A DNA stretch of 64,000 bases from Nitrospirota bacterium (lineage in GTDB: Bacteria > Nitrospirota > UBA9217). The position numbers and the translations under genes were made by a program. How positions within the stretch are numbered: the stretch's first letter is position 1; every line of letters starts with the position of its first letter. Location: positions 128,001 through 192,000 of the forward strand of contig CAVVOB010000018.1 in NCBI GenBank assembly GCA_963749655.1, written 5' to 3'. The notes under the pieces are model-generated. The model had not been told where the DNA came from, made no database searches, and saw only the letters and a list, made by a program, of their open reading frames with translations. Of this stretch, positions 61,658 through 64,000 are shown in pieces.

Positions 61658-62259
61658 TTTTTTTCTCCCTTTCTTCGGTTTTATACAACAAAAAAACTCT
61701 TTTTTTCTTCCCTTGATGCAAATGATGCAAAAACACCTCGCAAAAACAAAATACTAAAAATCTAGAAGGATTACCGGTGGATACCTGCTAGGACCACCTC
61801 CTTTCGGATCAGACTGAACATCGTATGATAATCAATACTATTTCCCCAATTTGACAGGCGGGTCCTGATTACGGGCAGTACGCAATCAAACGCACGCAGT
61901 TCACACTATATGTTTTCGCTGATGTATTATCAATGAATGAAGAAAAACGTATATGACAATTCGATTTTGAGAAATCGAATTTGTGCATTGAATAATGCCC
62001 GGGAAATGATGAATGAGCACTTGCAGGACAACGAAGGGGCGAAAAATTACATGGTGCCGGCGACTTATGCCTCAATTCTTCCCCCCTCCGGGAAAGCCGA
62101 TTTGCCTGGATTTGCGCGGCAGGCAAACATGGGGAAAATATAGCAACGGGTTTACAGTATGTCAAGCTGGATGCCATATATCTTTTAATGCTTTAGTTTT
62201 AAATTATATATTGACTGTTATTAGCAAAAAATACCATTTCATATCATCTTCCTTTTAAC

Positions 62260-62275
62260 TGCAACTCATATGCCA
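62260..62275 (-). promoter_or_regulatory. sigma54 promoter upstream of the decaheme gene
   Basis: Minus strand TGGCATATGAGTTGCA; a second candidate TGGCATCCAGCTTGA lies at 62162-62176. Confidence 0.7.
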
Positions 62276-62608
62276 CAACAATTCACTATTATATTTGGTA
62301 GTTGCAAAATAACGCAACCTAAAATCAACAGCTAAATGGTGAAATGACCACTTCTCACATGGGAATTTAACCGTCAAACTTTTTTCCCTTTCCGGTCCCG
62401 GGCTTCGCAAACGACATTATTATCGTGATGACGGTCAGCCGCGACTAAGCAGGCAAGGGAGGATGCACTGTTCCGAAAGCCTCTAAAATTACTGTTCAGA
62501 ATTTTGTTTGCGGAGATGGCATGAAGAGCGGGAAGAAATGATGAGTGGCAGAACGACAGCCTATGGGTCTTGAAAATGCCGTCTTGCCGTGATGCCGCGG
62601 ATCAGGGG

Positions 62609-64000
62609 TTATTCCAATCCGAACTTTTTCACCTGATAGCGCATAGTATCGTAGCTTATCTGGAGCAGTTTGGCTGCCTGGGTCTTGTTATGATTGGAAC
62701 GTTCGAGGGCCTGCTGGATAAGGTCCTTCTCCAGCTTCTCAAGTGAGACCCCCTCATCAGGAAGAATGAACGTCCGGGTGTGCCGGTGGTACGCGACGCC
62801 TGCCCGTCCGATCAGCCACTCAGGAAGATGCTCGGGACCTATTTCCAGGTCGCTTTCAAGCACGACAATGCGTTCGACGAGGTTCCGGAGTTCCCTGATA
62901 TTGCCGGGCCAGTCGTAGGAAGCCAGAATGTCTTCGGCCTCGTTGGACAGATATTTTACGTTCTTCTTGCTGTGGTCCGGAACTGAAGAGAACAAAAAAT
63001 TTTCTCGCCAGGAGAGGGATGTCCTCTTTTCGCTCCCTGAGCGGCGGCACGTGCAGATGGAAGGTGTTCAGCCTGAAAAACAGGTCTCTCCGGAATTCTC
63101 CCGTCTCGACCGCCTCTGCCAGATTTTTATTCGTCGTTGCGATCACCGTTATGTCGATCGGTATCTCTTCCGTGCCTCCCACATGCCGGATGGTCCTTTC
63201 CTCAAGCACCCGCAGCAATTTTGCCTGCAGGTTCAGCTGCATGTCCCCGATCTCATCAAGGAGCAGCGCTCCTCCCTGCGCCAGCTCGAACAGCCCCTTC
63301 TTGGCCGACGTCGCATCGGTAAAGGCCCCTTTTTCATGGCCGAACAGCTCGCTCTCCAGCAAGGCGTCCGGGCAGCGAAGCGCAGTTGATCTGGATGAAG
63401 GGGGAGAATCCCGAACCGGACGCAGGGCACATCAGCCGGTGCGCATAACGGGCGAACAGCTCCTTGCCGGTCCCGCTCTCCCCCGTGAGAAGAAGGCTGG
63501 AAACAGAGGCGTGGGCGATCTTCTCGATCTGGACCATGAGGTCGCGGACAAGCTTCGAGGAGCCGATAATCTCCGGCTCCTCCAGCAGCCCGGAGCTGAC
63601 TTTTCGAAGATAGGTGACCTCCTGCTTCAACTGTTCCTTTTCCAGGATATTGCGGAGGACGATCTTTACTTCCTCGATATTGAATGGTTTGGTGAGATAA
63701 TCGGCGGCCCCGAGCTTCATCGCCTTCACCGCTGTTTCGGCGGAGTCGTCGGCGGTCAGCATAACGACCTGCGTGGAAGTCCCCTGCGCCATCAGGTCCT
63801 GTAAAATGTCGATACCGCTTTTCTCAGGGAGCCTGTTGTCCAGCAGCACGACATGGGGGGACCATGAGCTGATCTTGTTCAGGATGCCTGTTGAACTCGT
63901 CGCCGAGCGCACCTCGTACCCGCTGTTCTTCAGCACCCGCGAGAGCATGGATACGATAAGCTCATCGTCGTCGACGAGAAATATTCGACCGCCGCTCTTC
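62609..64000 (-). CDS. sigma54-dependent NtrC-family regulator (5' end outside window; frameshifts near 63360 and 62990)
   Basis: REC domain, [36 protein letters not shown] in three successive frames. Confidence 0.88.

Noticed and set aside
61660-62600. c-di-GMP or cGAMP (GEMM) riboswitch upstream of the cytochrome gene, as in Geobacter
   Set aside because: I could not find the GEMM core (AAACC...GAAA...GGGACGCAAAGC) on either strand by eye; an Infernal scan is needed

Overview
GC-rich bacterial window. Gene order (DUF507 pair, dprA-smg-topA-xerC-hslVU-argB) and cytochrome content fit Nitrospirota or Deltaproteobacteria; this placement is inference. From left to right: the 3' end of fabF; a dodecaheme cytochrome c; a ~25 kb sigma54-controlled locus (2.8-28 kb) with 4 related HAMP histidine kinases, 3 NtrC-type activators, 2 TauE/SafE exporters with partner proteins, 3 USP genes, tatA, a dikinase-like phospho-His protein and two GspE-N/MshEN-like + DUF202-repeat membrane proteins; two Ig-like/NHL beta-propeller lipoproteins; a DUF507 pair, a GGDEF gene and an ECF sigma/anti-sigma/Spy-like trio; housekeeping genes; a complete IS4-family element with a 9-bp target duplication; and an extracellular electron transfer cluster (porin, 5-heme and 14-heme lipoproteins, OmcA/MtrC-type decaheme, sigma54 activator). 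The best novelty candidate is the gene pair at 7468-10336. Together the two proteins carry exactly five (3+2) DUF202-like modules, each a long Arg/Thr heptad helix followed by two TM helices. This suggests a pseudo-pentameric anion channel analogous to the yeast VTC polyphosphate channel. Many single-base frameshifts look like assembly errors. Intergenic spaces are rich in 7-nt and 9-nt periodic repeats arranged as inverted pairs.
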